Source: a bacterium
Lineage (GTDB): Bacteria > Bacteroidota > Bacteroidia > Chitinophagales > Chitinophagaceae
Direction of reading: 5' to 3'
DNA length: 56,827 nt
Assembly (NCBI GenBank): GCA_027364635.1
Contig: DAHXOZ010000002.1
Span: forward strand, 1-56,827
The translations under genes were made by a program, and so were the position numbers. Each line of letters begins with the position of its first letter. Within the stretch, counting starts at the first letter, position 1. A model generated the notes under the pieces. The model saw only the letters and a list, made by a program, of their open reading frames with translations. It was not told the origin of the DNA and did no database searches. This document shows positions 29,178 through 38,159 of this stretch, in pieces.

Positions 29178-30938
29178 ATGGAAGACCAGGTAATACCGGT
29201 AGATCTTGCCGAACATAAAAAAGGCAAACATCCGAAAGCGTTGGTTGTACTTTTTATGACCGAAATGTGGGAGCGCTTTGCTTACTATTTGATGGTGGGG
29301 ATTTTACTTCTTTACCTGATTGATGATAAAACAGGTGGTAAAGGGATGACAGAAAAAATGGGCGCAGATATAGTAGGAAGTTTTATCGCGCTTGTTTATC
29401 TCACTCCTTTTATCGGCGGTTTGTTGGCCGACAGGTATTTAGGTTATATCAGATCCATATTTATTGGCGGCACATTAATGGCTCTCGGTTATTTCGGGCT
29501 GGCATTTCCAGGTAATACAGCTCTGTATATTTCTTTATTATTGATCATTGTAGGTAATGGATTTTTTAAACCCAATATTTCTACACTTCTCGGAAATATT
29601 TATAACCGTGAAGACCTGAAACCGCTTAAAGACAATGCCTACAATATATTTTATATGGGCATAAATATCGGTGCACTGTTTTGCAATTTCGTTGCCGCTT
29701 ATTTAAGAAATCAATACGGCTGGGGTTACGCTTTTGCCGCAGCCGGCGTAGGATTGGTAATCGGAATGGTCATTCTTTCCACTTCATTAAAAGGGGTGCG
29801 TGAAGGTGAAATAAAAAAAGAAAAAAGGCCGGAAGATACGCCGCTGAGCAAAATTTTTGGCTATGTATTTCTACCAGCCATTATCGCAGCCATTATTGGT
29901 TGGATTGTACCAACCCTGATCTTTGGTTCTACTATTTTGGGCAGCAAATCAAATGACGCTTTTATTTTTGCATGCCTTCCTATTATTGCATTTTATGTTT
30001 CGCTTTATATAAAAGCAACCGGAACTGATAAAAGAGCAATAGGTGCTCTGCTATTTATTTTTGGGATTTCTATTATTTTCTGGACCATTTACAATCAAAA
30101 TTCAACCGGTCTTACTTTGTGGGCACAGGTGCACACGGACAGAACTGTATCCCCAACAGCTAAAAAAGTTGCCGGTTCTCTTGGCTTTCTTCAAATCGTA
30201 AGCGATACACCACGGCTGGTAGATAAAGTAGATGAACATTTTGTGGCGATAAAAGACGAAGCCTTAGTGGCTGGGCCTTATGGAGAGAATAATGTAAAAT
30301 TGGTAGATGGCAACATCGTTGATAAAAAAACAAAAATAGTACAGGTAATGGGCCCTGACCCTTATTTTAATAATGTTCCAAAAAGCGATTGGCCTCAGGG
30401 AGGTAGTGAAGAAGTTGCCAATACAGAATTATTTCAATCAATAAATCCCTTATTTATTATTATCCTCACACCTTTGCTGGTTATGCTTTTCAGCTATTTG
30501 CGAAAACGAAATAAAGAACCTTCAACAGCCAGTAAGTTTGGAATGGCGTTATTTATTTCAGGACTTTCTGCTTTGGTAATGGTATTTGCTATCATGTCAG
30601 TATCTTCTGTTTATCTTCATAAAACCTCTCCCTACTGGCTTTGGGGCACCTATTTTGTTTTTACAATAAGCGAATTGTTACTAAGCCCGATCGGATTATC
30701 TCTTGTGTCAAAATTGGCACCCGCGCGACTTACTGCCTTATTAATGGGTGGATGGTTTTTATCGACAGCAATTGGTGGAAAGCTTGCCGGAGTAATGACC
30801 AGTTTCTGGGACGATTTTACTGATAAAAAAGTTTTCTTTTTAATACTGGTAGTTGCAGCTTTTATAGGTGGGATTTTAATCTTCAGCCGTTTAAAATCTT
30901 TAAATTCAATCGTAAAAGAAAAAACCGGATCAACTTAA
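29178..30938 (+). CDS. Proton-dependent oligopeptide transporter (POT/PTR)
   Basis: EMWERFAYY, GGLLADRYLG, GFFKPN, FYMGINIG, ELLLSPIGLS. Confidence 0.93.
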   Translation: MEDQVIPVDLAEHKKGKHPKALVVLFMTEMWERFAYYLMVGILLLYLIDDKTGGKGMTEKMGADIVGSFIALVYLTPFIGGLLADRYLGYIRSIFIGGTLMALGYFGLAFPGNTALYISLLLIIVGNGFFKPNISTLLGNIYNREDLKPLKDNAYNIFYMGINIGALFCNFVAAYLRNQYGWGYAFAAAGVGLVIGMVILSTSLKGVREGEIKKEKRPEDTPLSKIFGYVFLPAIIAAIIGWIVPTLIFGSTILGSKSNDAFIFACLPIIAFYVSLYIKATGTDKRAIGALLFIFGISIIFWTIYNQNSTGLTLWAQVHTDRTVSPTAKKVAGSLGFLQIVSDTPRLVDKVDEHFVAIKDEALVAGPYGENNVKLVDGNIVDKKTKIVQVMGPDPYFNNVPKSDWPQGGSEEVANTELFQSINPLFIIILTPLLVMLFSYLRKRNKEPSTASKFGMALFISGLSALVMVFAIMSVSSVYLHKTSPYWLWGTYFVFTISELLLSPIGLSLVSKLAPARLTALLMGGWFLSTAIGGKLAGVMTSFWDDFTDKKVFFLILVVAAFIGGILIFSRLKSLNSIVKEKTGST

Positions 30939-30951
30939 TTTTAAAAAAAAG

Positions 30952-30996
30952 AAAAAAAGCCCTGTTAATATAAAATTTAGCAGGGCTTTTTATTTT
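30952..30996 (+). terminator. Intrinsic terminator after the POT transporter
   Basis: AAAAGCCCTGTTAA...TTAGCAGGGCTTTTTATTTT hairpin. Confidence 0.8.
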
Positions 30997-31057
30997 ATAA
31001 GAGAAAACCTTTTCCTCTTCCTGGTTCAATTCTACAATTAGAAAAGAGTTAAATGCT

Positions 31058-31084
31058 TTAAACCTTGTCCTTAAAATTTTGTCT
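31058..31084 (+). promoter_or_regulatory. Putative ECF-sigma promoter TTAAAC-N17-GTCT upstream of a lipoprotein gene
   Basis: TTAAAC 31058-31063 and GTCT 31081-31084, about 50 nt before the ATG. Confidence 0.6.
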
Positions 31085-31134
31085 TAACTATAGTAACTAA
31101 AAACTTTATTTTTCGTTTCACCAAAAAATATTTT

Positions 31135-31605
31135 ATGAAAAAAATACTTTTACTTATAATTCCCACATTCCTGATTTTTTCTTCCTGCAAGAAAGAAGTA
31201 ACAAAAGTTCAGCAAGTGGACCAGGCCTATTCTGCAGTCTATACTATTCAGCCGGGCGACTGGAAAACCAACAATAATGGATTAAGTTATACAGCAGAAT
31301 TAAATGTTCCTGAACTTGATAATATTATTTATCAAAATGGTGCTGTATTGGTGTATTTGTCTTTTACAGGTACTACTTATTACGAAGCTTTGCCTGAAGT
31401 TTTTGATGGAATATCTTACGGGGCAATTCATTCTCCGGGATATGTTGGTATTGATATCAGCGACGTTTCAGGGCAGGCTATAAACCCTCCGGGTCAAACA
31501 ATTTCTGCAAAAGTGGTTCTGATTGATGCGACTGCATTAGCACTGCATAAAGATGTAAATCTGAATGATTTGGGTGCAGTACAAAAGACCTTTAATATTC
31601 ATTAA
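31135..31605 (+). CDS. Hypothetical lipoprotein
   Basis: Signal MKKILLL...IFSSC followed by KKE. Confidence 0.8.
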   Translation: MKKILLLIIPTFLIFSSCKKEVTKVQQVDQAYSAVYTIQPGDWKTNNNGLSYTAELNVPELDNIIYQNGAVLVYLSFTGTTYYEALPEVFDGISYGAIHSPGYVGIDISDVSGQAINPPGQTISAKVVLIDATALALHKDVNLNDLGAVQKTFNIH

Positions 31606-31632
31606 TCAGTTAAATCATTTTAGGTTCAAAAA

Positions 31633-31664
31633 GCAAAAAGTTCTTCAAAAGAAGAGCTTTTTGC
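31633..31664. terminator. Probable bidirectional terminator between convergent genes
   Basis: GCAAAAAGTTCTTC-AAAA-GAAGAGCTTTTTGC hairpin. Confidence 0.7.
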
Positions 31665-31689
31665 ATTATTTGACTTAACTAAATTCTTA

Positions 31690-32883
31690 TTAAACAAAAT
31701 TCATTAAATCATATTTTTTACCCAAAATCTTTTCATCATCCGCCCCCAGCCAACTATGTAACAGTGTAGCATAAACGCTTTTAAAATCTACTTTATATTC
31801 CAGGTCGCCTTCATTAAGATTCGTTAGATCCGGCATGGCGTTTATCAATCCTTTTTGTTTTAATCCTCCTCCGATAAAAAACATATTATTAGCTGTTCCG
31901 TGATCGGTTCCACCGCTTGCATTTTGAGCAACTCTTCTTCCAAATTCGCTAAAGGTCATTAACGTTACATCCTCAAAACGATTGTTCTTTTTCAAGTCAG
32001 TTACGAAGGCAGTAATTGCATCATTCAATTCAGTAAACAATCGCTTCTGCTGGTTCTCCTGGTTTACATGCGTATCAAAACTTCCAAGGCTTACGTAATA
32101 AACTTTTGTGTTGATATCACTTAAAATAAGGGAAGCAATGGTTTGAAGGTTTTTTCCCAACTCACTGGCGGGATAAGTTTGCGTGGAAGGACGTTGCCTG
32201 CTTTCTTCATAAATATAATCAGCACTATTTAACGTTTCGCTCAAGGTTTTATAAAGATAATCTGCCACTGGTTCGTCGTCTTGGTGAGCAGCATCGATTT
32301 CCCGAAAGTATCTTTCGTTACTGGTATTAAACAATCTTTTTGGATCCCGCAGTGCAAGGCCTTTTATCTCCTTTCCTTTTAAGGCAAGGCTCAGTACATC
32401 ATCAATCTCCAGCGCCTGCGTTGGTTTATCACAACCACTACATTGCGCATCCAAATAACGCCCGAGCCAGCCGGTATTCAAATATTCGTTGCTGTCAGCC
32501 GCAGTTTGCCAAATGTCCATACTGCGAAAATGCGAACGGTCAGGATTTGGATAACCCACACTATTCATAATTCCCAGGTTGCCTTCATCAAACAGGTTTT
32601 TAAAATAAGGTAAAGCAGGGTTGATACCGGCTTCATCCGTTAGCTGAAGCGCTTTATCTTTTACTATGCCAAGCTTTGGGCGTGACTTGTAATAAATATC
32701 ATTCCGGATCGGAATCACCGTGTTTAGTCCATCGTTTCCGCCGCTTAACTGTAAAACCACCAGCACTTTGTTTCCTTGCGGAACCAACGCCTTTTTTTCA
32801 AAAGCCTTTAAAAACTTTGGCATCATCAGCGACGCAGAAGCCAATGAACCAACTTGCAAAAATTCTTTTCGTTTTAGCAGCAT
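31690..32883 (-). CDS. DUF1501 family protein
   Basis: LSGGNDGLN, RSHFRS, GSFDTH, FSEFGRR, GTDHG; Tat-like N-terminus. Confidence 0.88.
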   Translation of the reverse strand: MLLKRKEFLQVGSLASASLMMPKFLKAFEKKALVPQGNKVLVVLQLSGGNDGLNTVIPIRNDIYYKSRPKLGIVKDKALQLTDEAGINPALPYFKNLFDEGNLGIMNSVGYPNPDRSHFRSMDIWQTAADSNEYLNTGWLGRYLDAQCSGCDKPTQALEIDDVLSLALKGKEIKGLALRDPKRLFNTSNERYFREIDAAHQDDEPVADYLYKTLSETLNSADYIYEESRQRPSTQTYPASELGKNLQTIASLILSDINTKVYYVSLGSFDTHVNQENQQKRLFTELNDAITAFVTDLKKNNRFEDVTLMTFSEFGRRVAQNASGGTDHGTANNMFFIGGGLKQKGLINAMPDLTNLNEGDLEYKVDFKSVYATLLHSWLGADDEKILGKKYDLMNFV

Positions 32884-32914
32884 AACTTTTTTCGTTTATG
32901 GATGACCGTTATTA

Positions 32915-34348
32915 TTAACAAAGCTGGTATTCCGGGGTACTCATCAATTCAATTATCGAGGATCTTATAAATCCTTCCCGCGACCCGTTGTCGATATATC
33001 TTTTTAACACATTTGGATTGATATAATTTTTCGTCTGTAAAACAATTCCATTCACATTTTGCAACAACTCCTCTTTGGTGATTTTTTCAAACACCTTAAA
33101 AACTGAATTCCAGTCAACCGTAACTGAAAGACTTCTTGCCTTGTTATTTGCCTGCATCATTTCCATTCCCATCGAAACATCATCATCTTCTTTTGGCTTT
33201 ATTAAAAACTGTTCAGAATTGGTAAGAAGCTGTGGAAGCCTCATCCTGAACACTAAAGCGCTGCTGTCAATCCAGTTTTTTCCACCAGGCCAACCAGCGA
33301 CATTTGGAGGAAAAAATAACACTTGCCCGAGTACTTTCTGAAACAACATCTGGACTTGGGGCCGGTCAAGTTGCATTGGAATCAATCTCCTGATGCCCAC
33401 CAACAATTCTACCGGCGATTTTATTCTTGTACCAACATTTTTTGGTTCATAAAACCATTCACTCATGAAAATATCATTGAGTAATTGCTGAATGTTATAG
33501 TTACTTTGATAAAACCGAGCAGCAAGAAAATTAATTTTCTCATCGTCTGCCTCGTCGTTCACAAAAAATTTGTAGAGCTTTTTCGTGATAAATTTCGCTG
33601 TGGCTTTTTGTTCCAGAATAATATCGATGATGTCATCACCATCAAAATTTCCGGTCTTGCCCAGAAAAGTTTTTGTTCCGTTATCATGAAGAAAAGGCCT
33701 TTCAACAAATTCACCGTGCAGGTTAAAACCCCACCCTGTAAAGGATCTTGCACCTTCCTTTACATCCGTTTCTGTATAATTTCCTCTTCCCATTGTAAAG
33801 AGCTCCATCACTTCGCGGGCAAAGTTTTCATTGGGATGTTGTTTTTTATTCTGCTGATTATTCAAAAACGCAAGCATAGCAGGACTCTTACTGACCGCGC
33901 GAAGAAGATCGCCAAAATTTTCAAAGGCGTTTCTCCTGATGACATCCAATAATTGCTGTTGAAAAAAAATATTGAGGACGCGGCAGGCGAAATGTCCATG
34001 CCAAAAGAGGCTCATCTTTTCTCTCAACTGGGCTTCGCTATTGATCATTTCATCAAGCCATAAAATGTTCAGATTTTTTATTCCTTCTGCCGACTGTTTG
34101 CGAAACTGCCTTTTCTGATCTTTTGACAATTGTTGCATTTTACCAATGTCCTGCAATCCTTTTATTAAACCGTCGTACATATTTCCTGCAACATTTAAAG
34201 CTGTAGGTTCTTTCGAAGATGCTTTTACTAAAACACGGTACAAATCTTTTTGCGAAATATGACTAAGTTGATTGGCATTTTCGGCCATCGGCCCAAAGGC
34301 TGCGCGCCAAAGTAAGTGTTGGTTCTTTTGTTGATTGGTCAATGACAT
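32915..34348 (-). CDS. DUF1800 family protein
   Basis: HLLWRAAFG, LFWHGHF, PNENFAREVMELFTMG, PPNVAGW, PEYQ. Confidence 0.88.
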   Translation of the reverse strand: MSLTNQQKNQHLLWRAAFGPMAENANQLSHISQKDLYRVLVKASSKEPTALNVAGNMYDGLIKGLQDIGKMQQLSKDQKRQFRKQSAEGIKNLNILWLDEMINSEAQLREKMSLFWHGHFACRVLNIFFQQQLLDVIRRNAFENFGDLLRAVSKSPAMLAFLNNQQNKKQHPNENFAREVMELFTMGRGNYTETDVKEGARSFTGWGFNLHGEFVERPFLHDNGTKTFLGKTGNFDGDDIIDIILEQKATAKFITKKLYKFFVNDEADDEKINFLAARFYQSNYNIQQLLNDIFMSEWFYEPKNVGTRIKSPVELLVGIRRLIPMQLDRPQVQMLFQKVLGQVLFFPPNVAGWPGGKNWIDSSALVFRMRLPQLLTNSEQFLIKPKEDDDVSMGMEMMQANNKARSLSVTVDWNSVFKVFEKITKEELLQNVNGIVLQTKNYINPNVLKRYIDNGSREGFIRSSIIELMSTPEYQLC

Positions 34349-34401
34349 GATGAATCTATTGAAGAGAAAACGGGATAAATATATTTATCCGAAAGACTGA
34401 T

Positions 34402-34428
34402 AGACTAACTCAAAAACCAAAAGTTTAA
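34402..34428 (-). promoter_or_regulatory. Putative ECF-sigma promoter TTAAAC-N17-GTCT upstream of DUF1800/DUF1501
   Basis: On the + strand AGAC 34402-34405 and GTTTAA 34423-34428, oriented toward DUF1800. Confidence 0.6.
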
Positions 34429-34489
34429 CAACAACAAAAAAACTCTGTAAAAGAATTTTTACAAACAGAAATTGAAAGAATTTGTTTGT

Positions 34490-35758
34490 TTACTGAATTT
34501 TATCACCGCCAAAATAGGAATGCAAAATCTGCGGTAACAAAATTCCATGCTCCGATTGATTATTCTCCAGCAGCGCCGCAACAATTCGCGGAAGCGCCAA
34601 AGAAGAACCATTTAACGAATGAACCAATTGCGTTTTTCCATCGGCTTTAAAACGAATTTTCATTCTGTTGGTTTGAAAAGATTCAAAATTGCTCACAGAG
34701 CTTACTTCAAGCCATTTTTGCTGGGCAGCGCTGTAGACTTCAAAATCGTAAGTAAGCGCAGAAGTAAAACTCATATCGCCGCCGCACAAACGAAGAATTC
34801 TGTAGGGAAGGTTTAAGGATTGTAACAGCTTTTCAACATGCAAAAGCATTTCTTCCAGCACCTCGTAACTTTTACCCGGATGAACCAATTGCACGAGTTC
34901 TACCTTATCAAACTGATGAACACGATTCAATCCGCGAACATCTTTTCCATAGCTTCCTGCTTCACGGCGAAAGCAAGGCGTGTAGGCCGTCATCTTTACC
35001 GGCAATTCTTCTTCTTTCAAAATTTCATCGCGATAAATATTGGTGAGTGGAACTTCTGCGGTAGGAATTAAAAAAAAATTATCCGCAGATGCATGATACA
35101 TCTGTCCTTCTTTATCGGGCAATTGGCCCGTGCCGTAAGCGCTCGCTTCGTTCACCATAAATGGCGGCTCGTATTCGGTGTAACCTGCTTCTGTATTAAA
35201 ATCAAGAAAATATTGAATTAAAGCACGCTGTAGTTTGGCTCCTTTTCCTTTATAAAATGGGAATCCTGCACCTGTAACTTTATTTCCCAATTCAAAATTG
35301 ATAAGGTCATATTTTTTTGCAAGGTCCCAATGCGCTAATGCATCCTTTGGAAGCACAGGTTTTTGGCCGCCTTCTCTTACCAGTTCATTTTCTTCCGGCG
35401 TTTTTCCTACGGGAACAGAAGCGTGTGGAAGATTTGGCAATTTTATAAGATCATCCTGAAGCGACTTTTCAACGATGTTTAATTGTTCGCTAACCGGTTG
35501 TAAAAGGCCTTTCAAACTCGCTACTTCCAGCTTTTTTTCTTCAGCCAAACGATTTTCTCCTTTGGCCATCAGTTGCCCGATCTCTTTTGAAAAAGTATTT
35601 ATTTTTGACTGCCTTTCATCCAGTTCAAACTGCAACTTTTTTCTTTCATCATCTAAAGAAATTATGTTATCCACCAAAGAGATTTCTGAAAAATGCTTTT
35701 TCTTCAGTCCTTCTAAAACTTCTTCCCTGTTTGCTTTTATAAAATTTACCTGTAACAT
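34490..35758 (-). CDS. serS: Serine--tRNA ligase
   Basis: GTGQLP, LIPTAEVP, FRREAG, HQFDKVE, LNGSSLALPR; start MLQVNF at 35758, downstream of a TATATTTG box (35780-35787). Confidence 0.97.
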   Translation of the reverse strand: MLQVNFIKANREEVLEGLKKKHFSEISLVDNIISLDDERKKLQFELDERQSKINTFSKEIGQLMAKGENRLAEEKKLEVASLKGLLQPVSEQLNIVEKSLQDDLIKLPNLPHASVPVGKTPEENELVREGGQKPVLPKDALAHWDLAKKYDLINFELGNKVTGAGFPFYKGKGAKLQRALIQYFLDFNTEAGYTEYEPPFMVNEASAYGTGQLPDKEGQMYHASADNFFLIPTAEVPLTNIYRDEILKEEELPVKMTAYTPCFRREAGSYGKDVRGLNRVHQFDKVELVQLVHPGKSYEVLEEMLLHVEKLLQSLNLPYRILRLCGGDMSFTSALTYDFEVYSAAQQKWLEVSSVSNFESFQTNRMKIRFKADGKTQLVHSLNGSSLALPRIVAALLENNQSEHGILLPQILHSYFGGDKIQ

Positions 35759-35976
35759 CAGCCTGTTATTTTTTTGTTGCAAATATAACAAGCTGTAAGG
35801 AGTTTGAATGGGGAATAGTGAATGGGAATGGGAAATGAAATTCAGTGAAAAAGTTGATTTACTACAAAAAGGCGAAAAAATCCGGATACAAAATGAGGCG
35901 AATAAGAGATTTTATCCAAAAATTATATTCTTAAACTTCTAACCCATTTAACCAATTAACTTTTTACTTTTGCCGC

Positions 35977-36342
35977 ATGGAGGCACAAGACGATCTGCAA
36001 ACACGCTGGTGGAAACTGGAAAATAATTTCTTTGAGAAATTTAATAAAAAGCCGGATGTAGAGACCATATTATTTTTAATTGGTATCCAGGAAATTGGTA
36101 ATTTCAGCAGCCAAAAAAAATTTACAAAAGAACAAAAACAAGATCTGATGCATGTGGCTGTTTGTACCTTGCTAAGTCAAAGTGGTTATTATGAACTGGA
36201 AGGTTACGATGAAGACAAATGGCCACATTTTAAGCAATTGAAAGATTTGCCGTCATACAATATGGCTGAACAGGAGAACTTTTTGAAAGATCACATTTTA
36301 CTATATTTTGAAGGGATCGGCGAACCATTTAAAAACTTTTAG
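35977..36342 (+). CDS. Hypothetical protein
   Basis: 121-aa ORF directly after a TACTTTTG box; motif LFLIGIQE...KEQKQDLMH. Confidence 0.75.
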   Translation: MEAQDDLQTRWWKLENNFFEKFNKKPDVETILFLIGIQEIGNFSSQKKFTKEQKQDLMHVAVCTLLSQSGYYELEGYDEDKWPHFKQLKDLPSYNMAEQENFLKDHILLYFEGIGEPFKNF

Positions 36343-36343
36343 A

Positions 36344-37048
36344 ATGAAATATTTACTCTACCTGCTTATTTTAATTTTCTTTGCTTCATGCTCCGTTTTT
36401 AAAAGTTCAAGTTCCAAAACTACGGTGGTCAAGCCACCGTACTTTGTAAAAATTGAAACCGATTCAGGAATGATGGTTGTAAAGCTTTCAGAAAAAACAC
36501 CAAAAACCACAGCAAATTTTTTGAAGCTGGCACAAGAAAATTTTTATGATGGACTTTTATTTCACCGCGTAGTTAAAGGATTTATGATACAGGGTGGTGA
36601 TCCTGATAGTAAAAATGCTGCTCCCGGTAAGGTACTTGGAGATGGCGGATTGAAATATACCATTCCGGCAGAATTTGATACCTCATTATTTCATAAAAAA
36701 GGCGCAATGGCAATGGCAAGAGAAAATGATGACGTAAATCCCAAAAAAGCCAGCAGTTCAACGCAATTTTATATTGTAGAAGGACGAACCTTTACGGATG
36801 TTGAAATGAACCAAATTGAACGTAAATTCAATATTGTCATTCCTGAAAGTCATAGAGAAGTTTACCGTACGGAAGGAGGCGCACCTTTTCTGGATATGAA
36901 CTATACTGTTTTTGGGCAGGTGGTTAGTGGTTTGGATGTAATAGATAAAATTGCCCATATGCCTAAAGATGAACACGACAGGCCACTAACTAATGTCAAA
37001 ATGAAAATTTCAATCATGAAAAGGAAGGAATACAGGAAGTACCAATAA
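36344..37048 (+). CDS. Cyclophilin-type peptidyl-prolyl isomerase, lipoprotein
   Basis: FHRVVKGFMIQGGDP, SSTQFYI, YTVFGQV; start at 36344 gives a signal peptide with lipobox FFASC. Confidence 0.92.
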   Translation: MKYLLYLLILIFFASCSVFKSSSSKTTVVKPPYFVKIETDSGMMVVKLSEKTPKTTANFLKLAQENFYDGLLFHRVVKGFMIQGGDPDSKNAAPGKVLGDGGLKYTIPAEFDTSLFHKKGAMAMARENDDVNPKKASSSTQFYIVEGRTFTDVEMNQIERKFNIVIPESHREVYRTEGGAPFLDMNYTVFGQVVSGLDVIDKIAHMPKDEHDRPLTNVKMKISIMKRKEYRKYQ

Positions 37049-37088
37049 AAATATTAATTTGCAATCCTAATACAGAAAAAATAATCGA

Positions 37089-37466
37089 ATGAATTTTCCA
37101 AAAAACTTAAGATATACCAAAGACCATGAGTGGATCTCCGTTGAAGGGGATATAGCAACCATCGGCATTACTGATTTTGCACAGCATGAATTGGGCGATA
37201 TTGTTTACGTTGATATTGCAGCAAAAGGTAAGAAACTGGAAGCCGAAACAGTTTTTGGAACCGTGGAAGCGGTAAAAACAGTAAGTGATCTTTTTCTTCC
37301 TGTTGCCGGCACTGTAACAGAAGTAAATCCGTTGCTGGATACTGAGCCTGAAAAAGTAAATAGTGATCCTTACGGCGAAGGATGGATGGTAAAAATGAAA
37401 ATAGATAACCCTGACGACGCAAACCAGCTAATGGATGCGGAAGCTTACCAGGCAATGGTTTCATAA
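37089..37466 (+). CDS. gcvH: Glycine cleavage system H protein
   Basis: YTKDHEW, GITDFAQ, VEAVKTVSD (lipoyl-Lys), DPYGEGW. Confidence 0.97.
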   Translation: MNFPKNLRYTKDHEWISVEGDIATIGITDFAQHELGDIVYVDIAAKGKKLEAETVFGTVEAVKTVSDLFLPVAGTVTEVNPLLDTEPEKVNSDPYGEGWMVKMKIDNPDDANQLMDAEAYQAMVS

Positions 37467-37474
37467 ATATTAAA

Positions 37475-37888
37475 ATGGAAGGTAAAAAAATTCCTTTTAA
37501 ATACTTTTTACCAGGCATTGCCTGGTTTTTTGTTGTAGGCATTTTAACACTCATGCCGGCAAAGGATGTCCCACAGGTTGGATGGATGGATAACATCCCC
37601 AATTTTGATAAGTTGGTTCATGCAGGTTTATTTGGCGGGCTGGCTTTTTTGTTTGCTGTACCCATTTTAAAATCGCACTTTTCTCAAAGGCAAAAACTTA
37701 ATTATTCGATAAGAATAAGCCTCGCCGCTATCGTTTGGGGCATTACGATCGAGTTTCTTCAAAAATTTTATGTACCCAGTCGCGATTTCGATCTTCTGGA
37801 TTGGGCGGCAGATATTGTTGGTGTTATAATTGCCTTATGGCTTATTATCAGTATTTTAAAATACTTTCAAAAGAAAGATTTGCAGTAA
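37475..37888 (+). CDS. VanZ-like membrane protein
   Basis: DKLVH, IEFLQ...PSR, DWAADIVG. Confidence 0.85.
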   Translation: MEGKKIPFKYFLPGIAWFFVVGILTLMPAKDVPQVGWMDNIPNFDKLVHAGLFGGLAFLFAVPILKSHFSQRQKLNYSIRISLAAIVWGITIEFLQKFYVPSRDFDLLDWAADIVGVIIALWLIISILKYFQKKDLQ

Positions 37889-37952
37889 ACGAAGTTTTAG
37901 GAAAGATTCTTGTTTTCATTTTTTTATCTTTGTTATAATTAAATTTATAATT

Positions 37953-38150
37953 ATGCAGGTTCTTGAAATAAAAGTACCGGATAATAAGACCCGTCTCGTT
38001 AAAGAATTTTTAAGGGAACTCGGCGTAACTATTAAGGTGAAAAAAGAAGATGATAGCCCGAATGCTAAAACAATTGCAGCAATGGAAGAATTAAAGGCCG
38101 GAAAAGGCATTAAATTCAAGAGTGTTGAAGATCTTTTTAATAGCATATAA
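37953..38150 (+). CDS. Putative antitoxin (RelB/DinJ-like C-terminus)
   Basis: PNAKTIAAMEELKAGKG...SVEDLF motif; directly upstream of a YafQ-like toxin; TATCTTTG box at 37925-37932. Confidence 0.75.
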   Translation: MQVLEIKVPDNKTRLVKEFLRELGVTIKVKKEDDSPNAKTIAAMEELKAGKGIKFKSVEDLFNSI

Positions 38151-38159
38151 GCATAGCCG

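Noticed and set aside
37475-37888. VanZ-like gene as glycopeptide resistance
   Set aside because: A widespread membrane family; no van cluster is present.
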